Positions 12,025 through 25,258 are shown, numbered from the stretch's first letter. The stretch: 64,000 nucleotides of DNA from Octopus sinensis (GCF_006345805.1 NC_043008.1:21452001-21516000); one strand, 5' to 3'. Translations and numbers: made by a program. The notes: generated from the letters alone by a model not told the origin.

Positions 12025-12577
12025 TAGCGTTATAGTGAAATAGAAATGACAGTGATTTTCTGAAACATAAACAGAGACAGACATACGCAGGCACACATAT
12101 ACACACACATCTGAATTTCTCTCTTTCTCATACACATACACGCACACGTCTTCATACTGACACACATTTATTTATATAGATCACCCGGTGAGTAGGGAGA
12201 ATGGGTGAGAAAGAATCAGAACTGGCAAGCGATAAGGTGTCATCCATATGTCAGAGGTCTACCCATTAAATACATGTCAGCGAGAATCAGGAAATTAACT
12301 TCATTTATTATTCATATTTTTCTGTCGTCTTCGTCTTTGTTGCAGACTTTCATTAAGCTGCTGAGTGTAACCCTGTCTACCTTGAGCATGTACTGTAGTT
12401 TTGTTCGATCTATTGCATTGTGAGGACTGTATTTCATATGTTTTTGCGAATAACTTGTGATATTTTGATATTTTCGACGCATTATATATTTGTATACATT
12501 CTTAAGATTTGTTAAGTATTTTGTCCGCATGTCTTTGATTAATCATCTTCAGACCAATTACTTTTATAAGGATTATT

Positions 12578-12871
12578 TTTTTTTATGCCTCCTTTTCAAG
12601 CCTAGACACGTTTATGGGCCCGATTGCCCGGTTTCTGTGGCTTATGTGTTCCCCCCAGCTGGACGGGACGCCAGCCCATCGCAGCGTCATTCAAGAAACA
12701 GGAAGAAAGAGTGAAAGAAAGTTGGGGCAGAAGAGGACAACAGGGGTCGCCATCACCCCCTGCCGGAGTTTCGTGGAGCTTTAGGTGTTTTCGTTCAATA
12801 AACACACAAGGCCCGGTCTGGGAATCGAAACCGCGAGTCCGCTGCCATAACCACAGAGCCAATGCGCCTCC
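12578..12871 (-). mobile_element. Family C SINE, full length, 15-bp TSD
   Basis: TTTATAAGGATTATT at 12563-12577 and 12872-12886; head GGAGGCGCATTGGCTCTGTGGTTATGG on the minus strand. Confidence 0.92.
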
Positions 12872-13904
12872 TTTATAAGGATTATTACTGTTTTCAACAC
12901 CCAAATTCTAATAAACTCTATTTACAGATCTTTATATTAATCTTTAGGTTTAGATACTTAAAAAATACGATTGGTTTTTTTATAGTAAATATTTCTATTT
13001 TCACTTTTGTTAAACAATATTTTAATCATTCAGAAATATTAAGTAAATGTGATTTCAAAAATGTAAGTATCCTTATTTTAACCTTCCTTAAACAGAAAAT
13101 ATTTTAATGTCTTTTTAAAATGTGTTTAAAAATACGGTAAATATTTCGTAAAAGACCCGTTCGTGACCTCAGTGTAAAAAGAAATTCGAGTGAATTCAAC
13201 GATTCTCACAGCCAAAGATTTGGCTTCCATTTCTAGCACGCACTATTACCACGTAACAGCTATTTGCGATAAAGGACTCGATATATCTGTTATGTAGTAG
13301 CAGAGCGTGTAAGAAATAGCATCCAAATCTTTCCTTTTCTGGGAGAAATGAGCCATTTACGTGTGATTTCTATGTCACATTCGTTGACAGCATGCAAAAT
13401 AACCTAGAAACGAAAAAAAAAAACACGAAACAAGACTCCGTTGCTGGGAAACTCAGACCTTGCCGGTGACACAACGGGTCACGTGTAGTCTCGCACAGTG
13501 GTTCCCAACGTGGTCCCTGGGGCCCACTGGTGGTCCCCGAGAATTCGTAGCCATAAAATGTTGAAGCCATTTCAGATCTACACAATATTGCTCGATAATA
13601 AAGACACTGTTAGTTAATAATACTTTATATGAAGACAGAATAATAATAAGAAAACAAAAATAATTATTACATAAGAATCAATAATGTATAATATATAATC
13701 AATAATCTAATACAATCAAGAATTACATAATTTAAGTTTTACAACCACAACAGTTTCATAATAAATTTGATATTTTTAATAGATCACTACACAATATTGA
13801 TTAATAATAAATTTGATACTTTTAATTTATAGAAATAACGTATTTATTATTTTATCGAAATAAAGTATTTATTATTTTTATTCTTTTAAAGATCAGTTGT
13901 AATA

Positions 13905-15665
13905 ATGTCTGAACCATCTGCTAAAAAGGCAAAACTGAGGAACTACAAAAATCTTATCATGTTTGGTTTTGTATCTGTAAACTTAAAACCTATGAGTCTT
14001 GAATGTGATGCCATCATGACAAATCATTCCATGAAGAAAGTTAAGCTGGAACAGCACCAGAAATTAAGGCATCCATCATCTCTTAGAAGAGGTAGGGAAT
14101 ATTTTGAGAATAAAAAGAAAATACAGCCAATCAAACTACCCGACTTTGTAAAGAAGATAAATACTGAAAAAGCAAAGACACTCAAACCCAGTTATTTGGT
14201 TTCTGAAATCATTGCCAATGTTGCTGCATCTCAGATTTATGGTGAGAAACTTGTCAAGCTTGCTATGATATGCTTGTGCAAATGAGGTTCTGGGAAAAGA
14301 TGCTGCATCTACTCTGAGTACAATTACACTTTCAAATAATACAGTTAGAAGAAGACAGGATGAAATGTCTAATTTTGTTGAGAAGATTGTGGAAATTCAC
14401 CAAAAGACTATTTTTTCTATCCAGGTTGATGATAGCACAATTCATAACCAAGCTATCATTCTGGTGTTCGTCAGATTCATCAATGAAGATGATATAAGGG
14501 AAGAAATGTTATTCATTAAAAGTTTGTCTGAAACTACTAATGTAGAAGATATATTCAATGAAGTAATGCAGTACTTTAATGATAAAAACATTCCATTGAC
14601 TAATTTGATCAACACTGCATCAGACGGAGCTGCAGCAATGACTGGAAAAGTGAAAGGCTTTGTTTCTAGAATGAAATGAGTTGCTCCTCACATTTTATAT
14701 ATACATTGCATTATCCACAGATAGAATTTGGTTGCTAAAAATATTGGAGGACACATGGAAGAATGGAAGAATCACTCAACACTGCCATACATGCAATTAA
14801 CTTTGTCAGATCAAACTCACTGAATAATAGATTTTTTATGCAATTCTGTGAAGATGAAGATTTAAAAACCCTATTGCTTCACACTGAAGTAAGATAGTTG
14901 TCAAAAGGCCTGAGACTTGAAAGACTAGTGAATTTGTGGGAACCATTAATCAACTTTCTTATGTCCAAGAGTCAGATGACTCCAAGAAGCAAGCTGATAC
15001 AGCTAAGGAAATTTTTGAAAGACTCTCTGAGTTTAAATAAAAAATATTCTACTTGAGTGATATTTTTAAAACAGTGAATCTGCTTAACTTAGAGCTGCAA
15101 GGTAGAAAATCAGATTTGATCACCTGTTCTCAGAAAATAAAAGGGTATATGGGGAAATTAAAATTTTGGTAAAAAACAGTTTGAAAAAAAAATTGGCATC
15201 ATTTCAAAATTTTAACACCACTGTTCCTACAGCAGAATGCATTGCCCATCTTGAAGGTCTTCATGTAGACTTTGAGAGAAGATAAAATAATTTATTAAAG
15301 ATGGATTATCAATTCTGGTTTGTAGACTTAGAAAATTATGAGCCAGAAGATAAAAATTTTGAGTTGGCCGAAATGATGCTGGATTTGAAAGAGAATATGA
15401 AACTGAGAAGAAGAGTTGAAAAAGAAGGTTCTTTTCACTACATATCGATTAAGGAATCACATCCAAATATTTTTCGACATGTAGAAGCAAGCATCATTTC
15501 GTTCCCTACCACATGGACGGTGGAATCTGTACTTTTTCAGCTGTTGTAATTATTTTAAGTAGAAAAAGAAATGAATTAGATGTGAACAGAAGAGGAACTA
15601 TCAGACTAAGACTAAATGAGTTCATTAAAATTGATTAAATATCTTGTGTCAGAAACACCAATATG
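13905..15665 (+). pseudogene. Buster/Charlie (ZBED5/ZBED8/SCAND3-like) hAT transposase pseudogene, frameshifted with stops
   Basis: MSEPSAKKAKLRNY; LSNNTVRRRQDEM; FSIQVDDST; SDGAAAMTGKVKGFVSRMK; HCIIHR; LLLHTEVR*LSKG; C-terminal FPTTWTVES. Confidence 0.9.
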
Positions 15666-15899
15666 GATCGTTGAATGGACTAAAAATGAACGACTTTATG
15701 AAAAATGATTTTGATAGGTTATGTTTATCTTTGTTTACTAAAATAAATTTTTAATTTTATCGTTTGTTTACTAAAATAAATTTTAAAGTGAAAATAGACT
15801 ATTTTGCCTTTTCTTTAAATATTTTAGTTTGAAAATAGAACAGAATAAAGTAAAAGTAGAAGTGGTCTCCAGAATTTGTTTTTCGTAATGAGATAAAAA

Positions 15900-16170
15900 A
15901 AACCAAGGCTGTGTAGATTTTAGAACATTTACAAATAGGTCTTATAGCTGTTTCTGGGATATTCATTATATCCCTTCATCGGAGACGGTGTGAGAAGACG
16001 GTTAATTAATAGTTAATTTAGATACATTGCGAAATAGAGAGTGAGGTGGATGAATGAAAATAGATGTTAGATATGCAGGGATATTGTATTTGTAGATCCA
16101 TTATTTAGGTAGAATGGTATACATATAAGATTCCAATACCTTGTGAGTAAATTTCAATAGTATTTATATA
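15900..16170 (-). mobile_element. Penelope-like terminal fragment with a decayed minimal hammerhead
   Basis: Minus strand 15986-15939: GUCU-CCGAUGA-A-GGGAUAU-aauga-AUAUCCC-A-GAAACAGCUAUA-AGAC; followed by (TA)n. Confidence 0.55.
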
Positions 16171-16212
16171 ATGTATATATATATATATTATATATATATA
16201 TATATAATATAT

Positions 16213-16248
<36 letters not shown>

Positions 16249-17208
16249 GGCGTTGAATGTTGCTGGCAAGCATGTTATAAGACAATAGCTTTTGGGTGCC
16301 TCTGGTAATTCTGATTTTGGAAATAAATGTCTTTCACTCCTGTAACCAAACAAGTGTTGATTCTTAAATACATAGCACTCTATTAAATGCTGCCGTCACA
16401 CTGCCACTTACATTGGTCAAGTGCTTCAGCCAGATATTGGGAACATTGTCAATTTGAAAGGTTTTTTTGCAGTTGCTTGCAATTCTTAAAACGTTGGAGA
16501 ATTTCGTGTTTGTTATAGTGGCCAATGCTTTCAATGCTATTTATATTTTTTTCCTCTTCCCTTCTGATCCATTTTGCATTTTCTTTTCCTGTTGTATTCT
16601 CTATTTTTGTTCTCAATTCTCTAGCAGTATGCTGAAATTCTCGTTAATCTTGTTGTATCCTTCAGTAATATATATTATTTTTTTTAGCTATTATCCTTAC
16701 AGAATATGTTAGACGCCTTCATGATTTTCGAAGCGTCTAATCCTGCATGCTTTTCCTGTTATAATTCGTTTAAGACTTACAATTATTTACAGAACGTCTT
16801 TCGTGCTATTGATATTTTCCGTGAGTTCTTTTTTTAGGATGAGTAGTTGGGTGGGATGGTATTGGATCGTTATTTTCCCATTTCACAAAGTATGACTATA
16901 CCTACGCTTGTTTGCAATAGTATGTTATGTATTATTTCCTTTATTTTTGCTTCGGTGATACCTTAGGAGAAACTGACTTTATTTGGATCAATCTAAGCTT
17001 CCAACAAAACTACCACTCCTACTAAATATATCGGGTTATTCATTCTGTCTGTATTCGAGTAATCTTTTCCCGTGGACACAATTTATCGTAAATCCCTGTT
17101 GCATTTATATTTTCGTAGCAGTTTTTTTCATTTATAGCCGTGATACTAAACCAGGGCTCATTTGACTATTATAGGTTGATACCAGATTTCGCGGTTACAA
17201 TTTATGTA

Positions 17209-18088
17209 CAGGGTGTCCCAAAGTCCCTGATGGGTTTCAAATTTTAACAACATCCTTAACTTTACAAATAAACGCATGACATTTTAATACAATATAAAGG
17301 ACATAGTGGAAATTAATATGCACAAGTCAAATTTTGCAACACCACTACATTACATATGAAAAAATGACATTGCGTAAATGGCAGCCATATTCGGCTTCGC
17401 ACGCCCGTGCACTTACCAAAACGTGCAACATAACACCTTCGAAAGTTTCAGACCCCACTTCTCTGATTTCTCTGTTGATGGTCTTCTTCAGTTGCAACAG
17501 GTTCTCCGGGTTGTTGACATAAACTATCTCTTTCAGATATCCCCACAAGAAAAAAAATCCGGTCTAGTTAGGTCTGAGGAACGTGAAAGCCAGTTGACAT
17601 TGCCGTAGCGGGTGATTATTCTCTCTCCAAAGCACTGCCGTAGCAACTGCATTGTTTCTCTTGCGGTATGAGCAGTTGCCCCATCTTGCTGGAACCATGT
17701 GTGAGGTCTACTTTGGATAGCTTTCACGTTCTCCAAACTTGAGTAGCACGGATATTTTCTTGTGGGGATACCTGAAAGATAGGGCTTAAGTGAACAAACC
17801 GTAGACCCTGGGGCAACTGACGGAGATCATCAATAGAGAAATCAGAGAAGTGAGGTCTGAAACTTATGGTGCAAGTTTTAGAAAGAGCACAGGCATGCGA
17901 AGCCGAAAATGGCTGCCATTTTAGCGACGTCGTTTTTCATATCTGATGTAGTGGTTTTGTAAAACTAGACTCATGCTTATTAATTTCCATTATGTCCTTT
18001 ATAGTATATCAAAATTTCATGCATTTATTTGTAAAGTTAAGAAAGGTATCAAAAATTGAAACGTATCAGTTACTTTTGGGACAACCTC
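17209..18088. mobile_element. Tc1/mariner-superfamily (rosa/maT-like) fold-back element with about 340-bp inverted arms
   Basis: TA|CAGGGTGTCCCAAAGT...ACTTTTGGGACAACCTC|TA; minus-strand WFQQDGATAHTA...SDLTRPDFF and WGYLKEIVYVNNP; the right arm repeats the WGYLK-to-TIR segment on the plus strand. Confidence 0.9.
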
Positions 18089-18109
18089 TACAATAAATTG
18101 GTTATTCTA

Positions 18110-18373
18110 TAATAAATAAATAAATGCACCCTTTTAAAGCCTAGCCAGACTCATGGGCCCGGTTTCCCGGTTTCAATGGCGCATGTGTTCCCCAGCTGGA
18201 CGGGACGCCAGTCCATCGCAGCGTTGCTCATTTTTGCTAGCTGAGTGGATTGGAGCAACGTGAAATGAAATGTTTTGCTCAAGAACACAATGCGTTGCCC
18301 GGTCCAGGAATCGAAACCACAATCTTACGATCATGATACTGACACCCAAACCACTAAGCAACGCGCCTCCACA
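18110..18373 (-). mobile_element. Family C SINE, full length, 15-bp TSD, (TTTA)n tail
   Basis: AAATTGGTTATTCTA at 18095-18109 and 18374-18388. Confidence 0.93.
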
Positions 18374-18589
18374 AAATTGGTTATTCTACAATACGCAAAA
18401 TATTTTAACAATATTTTTTTATACAATTCCTAATAATGTTTCATTTTGAAAATATTATAGGTCATTTTAAACATCGAATGGTATTCCAGGTCCATTGACT
18501 AAAATAGGAATCAAAAGGATCAATAGGTAAAAAATGGTTGAGAACCACTAATTTGTAGCTTAGAAATATGCTTACGTTTATTGTTTCTC

Positions 18590-18806
18590 TTTTTTCTTTT
18601 ACTTGTTTGAGTCATTTGACTGCGGCCATGCTGGAGCACCGCCTTTAGTCGAGCAAATCGACCCCAGGACTTATTCTTTGTAAGTCTAGTACTTATTCTA
18701 TTGGTCTCTTTTGCCGAACCGCTAAGTTACGGGGACATAAACACACCAGCATCGGTTGTCAAGCGATGTTGTGGGGACAAACGCAGACACAAACATATAC
18801 ACACAC

Positions 18807-18837
<31 letters not shown>

Positions 18838-19138
18838 CGACGGGCTTTTTTCAGTTTCCGTCTACCAAATCCACTCACAAGGCGTAAACATACCAGCATC
18901 TGTTGTCAAGCGATGTTGGGGGGACAAACGCAGACACACAAACATATATACGCACATACATATATACATATATACGACGGGATTCTTTCAGTTTCCCTCT
19001 ACCAAATCCACTCACAAGGCTTTGGTCGGCCCGAGGCTACAGTAGAAGACACTTATCCTAGGTGCCACGCAGTGAGACTGAACCTGGAACCATGTGGTTC
19101 GTAAGCAAGCTACTCACCACACAGCCACTCCTACGCCT
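18590..19138 (-). mobile_element. Family K SINE with an internal tandem duplication of about 147 bp
   Basis: The ACACCAGCATC...CCACTCACAAGGC block occurs at about 18741 and about 18888. Confidence 0.88.
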
Positions 19139-20235
19139 GTTGTTCATGAATCACATATGAGTTTCTTCTAATCGTTTCTCTCACGTTCCATTCAAAGTTA
19201 ACTGCGTTTGGTATGTTACAGCATGTTTATATTCAGTATAAGTGTAGGCTATACTTTCGATCCGGCTGTGTACTTGGTTCAATATTTCTAGGAGAACTTG
19301 CATGGTCTTTCGCTTAATCATTTTCGAATTTAGTTCTTCCTTCTTTGTATGTTTTCGATTTCCCATGTAGCCTTGATTTCTTTTAATTTTTTGCATGTTG
19401 GTTTGGATTCTTTAGAATTTATCTGGCTTTCAAGGCTCATTTGTTTGATATGTGGTCCCCTCTCTTTTGGAGCTTCATGTGTTTTCTATGTGGTGAATTC
19501 TGTTGTCATAACTTCATTGGTTTGCATTACGTTATCATTTTACGTGCAATTGGTTGAATATATTTATATTTTCATGGAATATCTTTTGTATGAGTTGCTT
19601 TATTTCAACTTTGGGTGGATCTTATTGTTTGTTATGAATTTCTGTACAGTTTTCACGTTGATACTTTTTCGAATCTTCGTCTTGTTTTCTTTGTTGCTCA
19701 CAATCTTTTATAATGTTTCAATGTTTTACACATAGTACTGGTATGTAATACAAATGTATCATGCCTATGGAATGATCACTCAGCCAACGCTCTCTTACAA
19801 TTTTATTTCTATATTCCACCCTAGCCATAAAATAATGATATTTTCTGTTCTTAGTTACGTTTTTGAAAGGAAACCAAGTATGTACCATATTATATTGTTT
19901 CTGTATCGTAATCCGAATTAGCTCACGATACGAAACACATTCCACCTCATGATTCAGAAGGTAGAATTTGTTTTTGTTGTTACTTCATTCAATCTCGATA
20001 TAGTTAATTTTTTTTTGGTCTTCTGATAGATTTTAGCAGCTCTTGTATGTTTGTCTTGTTATTAATTTATCATCCTCGGTGGTAGGGAAAATAAAGTTAT
20101 CTTTCGTTGCAATTTGAACACAGTGAATGAAATATCGTATCAAGATAACCATGTTATATTTTCTCCGACTCTCAACCAGTTCTGTCAAGGCAGCATCTAG
20201 GTACACACACACATACACACGCTCACGCACGCACG

Positions 20236-20276
<41 letters not shown>

Positions 20277-21512
20277 ACACACACGTACACACACACACAC
20301 AAACACACAAACATATATATATTTAGACATAGTAAGATAGATAAAGATAGTTAAACTTGAAACATATTTGGATGGCACACAAAATACAGATTATGAAATA
20401 AAGAAAACTATACATATAGAATATATATAAATTATGTAATATCTTTCCTCGACAGTTGTTTCAAGATGTCGTAACTTACGTAATAACCATATTCATATGG
20501 CATATGTGCATGATGTCATAGCTTTGCAACCAATGACAAGTCCCATTTTCGAGAGCACAATGGCATGTTTACAAAACGTTATTCGGTTGGGCATCGACAT
20601 ATGGCGTGCACATGATGAAAGAAAAAAAAAAGAAAAAAATCGTTCGTATTTCCTTCCTGTGATTTTTTCTTTTTGTTGTTGATCAGTTCTAGGACTCATA
20701 AGGCCGGATTTTAACCCGGTTTCCATGAGTAAACTCCCCGGCTGTTGCTGGAACTAATTTACAGCTGCGTGAACAAGAGTCACTTGAAATGAAGTGTTTT
20801 GCTCAAAAGCACAACACAACACACGGTCTAAGAATCGAAACCACAAACTTAAGATCCTGATTGCAGACTCTGACCACAAAGCCACACACCTTCATTTTGT
20901 ATTTTACCTGCGTTGTTTTACGCTCTGAAAGCTTAACTCGCTAAAGTCGATTTTGCTTTCCGTTTTTCACGATTAATAAAAGCTGTTCATGTCAATTATT
21001 TCTTTTCTCAAATTTGTAGTTTGTATTAGAATCAGAATTCGATATTTTTCGAAAACTTAGTTTCTTTTAAAAAAAATATCTGTCGTAGAGTATTTCTAGA
21101 ACTTCATTGACATGTCACTAATGATTTTCATCCCGTTTTTCCCCCCATATTTCTACACACTGCCAATTGATAATGCATTTGATATACTATTTAGTCGCTG
21201 CAATAGCATTATCTCTCACCGACTCCCAACCCCAACTTTTTACACGATCCTATCTGCTTTTTTTATCGCCTTCTCTCTCTCTTAATCTCTCTCTCTCTCT
21301 ATCTTCTACTTGTAATGCTATTTGATCCGTTGCTTAAATGGAAACACTACCGAGAGTTAACATAATTATTTACGTAACAACAACAGTAATATCCATTCAA
21401 GGACGCTGAATACATAAAGGAGCATAGACACACCGTAAAATACAGGAACGGATATCGAAACATACATGTGCTTCTGCATACGTATACACGTAAATCTCTC
21501 TCTCTCTCCCTC

Positions 21513-21586
<74 letters not shown>

Positions 21587-21654
21587 CCTTCTTACGCCAC
21601 GGAGGGAATACAGCCATGGCATTTTACTGATTCCCCCAACCAGTCGCACTGGGG

Positions 21655-22685
21655 TTTGGTGAGAGAGGTAAATGCTAGAACCCTTGTTCGGGGAGCCCAG
21701 ATGGTGGGAGAAAATGGAGAGAAATGGCAGGTGAGTGAGTTGTTATTTGCTGATGATACAGCACTGGTGGTGGATTCGGAAGAGCAACTGAGGAGACTGG
21801 TGGTAGAGTTTGAAAGAGTGTGAGAGGAGGAAACTGAAAGTGAATGTAGCTAAGAGTAAGATGATGAGATGTTCGAGAGATGAAATGGCTGGTAGGATGG
21901 ATTTGAGTATAAATAGTGGGATGTTAGAGGAGGTGAGTGTTTTTAAGTATCTGGGATCACATGTAAAGTTGGATGGGGTCTTTGGCTGACGAAGTGGGAT
22001 ATAGAGCGATGGAAGGGAGTAAGATACATGGAGTTGTGAAAGGTATGCTGAGAGATAAAAGGTTGAATATGAAAGCGAAAAAAGGTGTGTATGAAGGCGT
22101 GATTGTGCCGACAATGTTTTATGATGCAGAGACGTGGGGTCTGAAAGAAGCGGAAAGAAGGTGACTAGATGTGTTTGAGAAGAGATGTCTGAGGGATATG
22201 GTTGGTGTGACACGGATGCACAGGATCAAGAATGAGGAGGTGCGTAGACGAACAGGAATGAGAGAAAAACTAAAATGGATAGACGAATGTCGAGGTGGTT
22301 AGGCCACATGGAGCGGGTGGTAAGGAGGGTGATGAAGGCTGGAGTGGTAGGTAGCAAAACCAGAGGCAGACCTCGGTTTGTGCGGATGGTTCGAGGAAAA
22401 CTTTGGTGGTTAGAGGTGTTGGAGTGAGAGAGGCAAGAGAGTTTATAAATGACAGGAAATCTTGGAGAGTGTTTGCGAATGGATGAGTGAATTTTGATGT
22501 TGCCCAAAGGGGTACGGGACCAGCATGATGCGGTGGGGGTAAACTAGCATATGCTGCTGTGCCCCGCTGCTGATACCGGGGTTGCGTTCTATGCCTTGAC
22601 CCGTGCATAAAACGGGGCTCACCTCTTTGAGCTGGGAAATGAATGGAATGCCTGATGTGTGTCTTGTTGTGGCTACGTCCTCCTA
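21655..22685 (+). mobile_element. 5'-truncated RTE-clade LINE (RT C-terminal half plus 3' UTR), frameshifted
   Basis: VREVNARTLVRGAQMVGENGEKWQVSELLFADDTALVVDSEEQL; RRKLKVNVAKSKMM; FKYLGS; VIVPTMFYDAETWGL; RCLRDMVGVTRMHRIKNEEVRRR. Confidence 0.92.
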
Positions 22686-22695
22686 TATATATATA

Positions 22696-23124
22696 CTAGC
22701 AGCATAGTCCGGCGTTGCCCGGGTATGTAAGAGCCCCTAGTAGGCAACGGCTAATCCCAATCGGGTCCTTTCTCTCTAGGGAACGAAGGCGCATGTGTAG
22801 GTTGCAATGTCTTCTCTTCACTCGAATACTTCTGTGTATACGATGTTCCTAGTTGTCCCTTTAGACGATAAAACGGTCGAGTTGTGTCCCCTAGACAGAA
22901 AATGTGTTGCATATAAAAAGCTTAGATTCTCGACCCCATGTCGAATATATAATTTTTTTTCAGAACTTGGGGAACTTTTCAAAATTTTCGCTGCGTCAGT
23001 TTTGAATTATGACATGGGGCTATGTGTGTGTCAAGTTTCATCAGAATCGGTTGAAAGCCGTGGTCAGGGTGAGGGTACAACCTGACAGACACACAGACAC
23101 ACAGACAGACAAACTGCCGTTTAT

Positions 23125-23135
<11 letters not shown>
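22696..23135 (-). mobile_element. Non-autonomous Helitron-type element carrying microsatellites
   Basis: Minus strand ends with the CCCGGGCAACGCCGG hairpin region then CTAG|T; the 5' part has TATATAAACGGCAGTTTG-(TCTG)n and a CCGATTCTGATGAAACTT motif typical of such Helitrons. Confidence 0.75.
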
Positions 23136-23167
<32 letters not shown>

Positions 23168-24084
23168 ATAATTTTAGTAAGCGGAGTGGAATAATTGTGT
23201 ATTTAACTGAAATTCAATGTCTTCGCCTTTCATTTTCCAAATTTACTACCTTCGAATTAAAGAGCTTATTTTATTTCTGAAATCAAGCGTAAATCAAGCA
23301 TGTTAATCGATTCCAATTAAATAATCATGAAGTTATAGCATGACTCTTTTGAAGGCCAAAATTTTATTCAGAAACGAAATATATTGAAACCATAAAGCCA
23401 CCGGGCCATTATCCAGCATTCAACTTTGAAGTTTAGTTTGAACTCTTGTTGATTGAGAGAGAATGACGAAGATTCGTCGAGGAGACGACGTCGTGTTAAT
23501 TCTAATGATTGAGGATATATCGGTCAATCAAAGTCTCAGTGTTTCAACAAAATAAGCACCAATAGAAAACATTTTCCGATAATATAATTAAATGCTGACT
23601 CTACATAGGATTTTCAAATATATTTTGTGGGTAATTATTATACTGAAAAAAAAAAGAAAAAGGAAAAAAAATGAAATAAGCAGCTTCAAAAATCAATCGA
23701 TGAAAGGAATTTATTTTAAAATATACTTTCGAAAACCTCTATTTTAGATGTTAATTAATTCTACTTTATGAAATACAGATCAATAATTTACATTGTTTAT
23801 ATGATTTCCAGCGATTAATATACTTTTAATGAAATTCTGTGACATATAATCATTGAACAGAAAACGTCTGCGCATTAATTTGAATTATCACTGTCATTAA
23901 ATGAATTAAATATGGTACATTTGTTGAAGAGGACAGGAGTTGCTTGTTTTAAACTGATACCAAATATGGGGAAATATGTGAGGCAACACAGAATCATTTC
24001 GATCTGGTGGGATTGTAGAATCATCATTCTATCATCATTCTATTGTTCTAAGAATTAATTTGAATATAAAATAATAAAACTATT

Positions 24085-24535
24085 TACCTTTTCCCTTTTA
24101 TTTGTTTCAGTTATTGGATAGCAGATATGCTGGGGAACCGTCTTGACTGGTTTAGCACTTATTTTATTTCCTAAGTTTAGTACTTATTATATCGACCGCT
24201 TTTGCCGAACTGCTATAAACAAACATCCATCGTCAAGTGGTGGTGAGTGACAAATACAACAGAATGAAAAGACACACACATACACATCGATATGTAATAT
24301 ACATATACACACACACACACACACACACATACACACACATATATATATGCATCTATATTTGTATATACAACGAGTTTTTTTTTCAGGTTCCTTCTACCAA
24401 ATCCCTCCAGAGAGGTTTGGTCGGCCCAGGGCTATAGTAAAAGACACCCACCCCATGTGCCGCGCACTGCAGCTGTACCTAAGACCACATAGTTGGGAAG
24501 CAATCTTCTCAACCACAAAGCCATGCTTGCGCCTA
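24085..24535 (-). mobile_element. Diverged family K SINE
   Basis: Recognisable head (AGGCGCAAGCATGGCT), TTTGGTAGAAGG and AAGTACTAAAC blocks. Confidence 0.7.
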
Positions 24536-25049
24536 AAGAAGATTAAAACTAAAATAAAAATCCTGATTTTGAATTTCATTAAAATTCTTCAGAAAGTTTT
24601 CATGAAATTTGCATAAATCTGCATAAATCTTGCATAATTCAACAACCAAACTACTTGTTAGTTCTGAATCTCCGACCGAAATTCCATCTTCGTCTTGTCA
24701 CTTCTTTAAAATGTCTACATCGAATTCTTCATTTATTTTGGCAATGCTTCTGTTGTAAAACTCATGATCAAAGCTTTCTTGAATGTTGAGCTTTAAAATT
24801 TTTTTAGGAGATTCAGAAGATTGTCCTTCGATGTACTTAATGTATAATAGTTAACTATCACATTCTACTGTCTTTGAATAAAGTATTGGATAATGTGATG
24901 CTAAATATCAGAATAAAGCATTGATAAATGGCATCGATCAGCCTAATCAGAGGTGGCCTATGGCTGAACAATAACAACAACAATGGCAATGCCATCGACG
25001 CTAACACTTATACCACCATCACCGTGAACTGCGCCAGCGACATCATACT

Positions 25050-25258
25050 ATGTGTGTTTGTGTATCTGTGTTTGTCCCTCCAACATCGCTTAACAACCGA
25101 TGCTGGTGTGTTTACATCCCCGTAACTTAGCGGTTCGGCAAAAGAGACCGATAGAATAAGTACTAGGCTGACAAAGAATAAGTCCTGAAGGTTGAGTTGC
25201 TCGCCTAAAAGGCAGTGCTCCAGCATGGCCGCAGTCAAATGACTGAAACAAGTATAAG
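25050..25258 (+). mobile_element. 3' half of family K SINE
   Basis: CATCGCTTAACAACCGATGCTGGTGTG...CAGCATGGCCGCAGTCAAATGACTGAAAC. Confidence 0.85.

Larger units (their letters stand above)
13496..18550 (+). mobile_element. hAT (Buster/Charlie-type) DNA transposon with nested insertions
   Basis: Left TIR CAGTGGTTCCCAAC (13496), right TIR GTTGAGAACCACTA (18537-18550); transposase relic inside. The 8-bp flanks do not match, so the TSD is not recoverable. Confidence 0.75.

Noticed and set aside
19140-20030. Strand-biased A-rich (minus) stretch resembling a degraded LINE; similar at 16250-17200, 38990-39360 and 57600-59480
   Set aside because: No motif could be read unambiguously; left unannotated.
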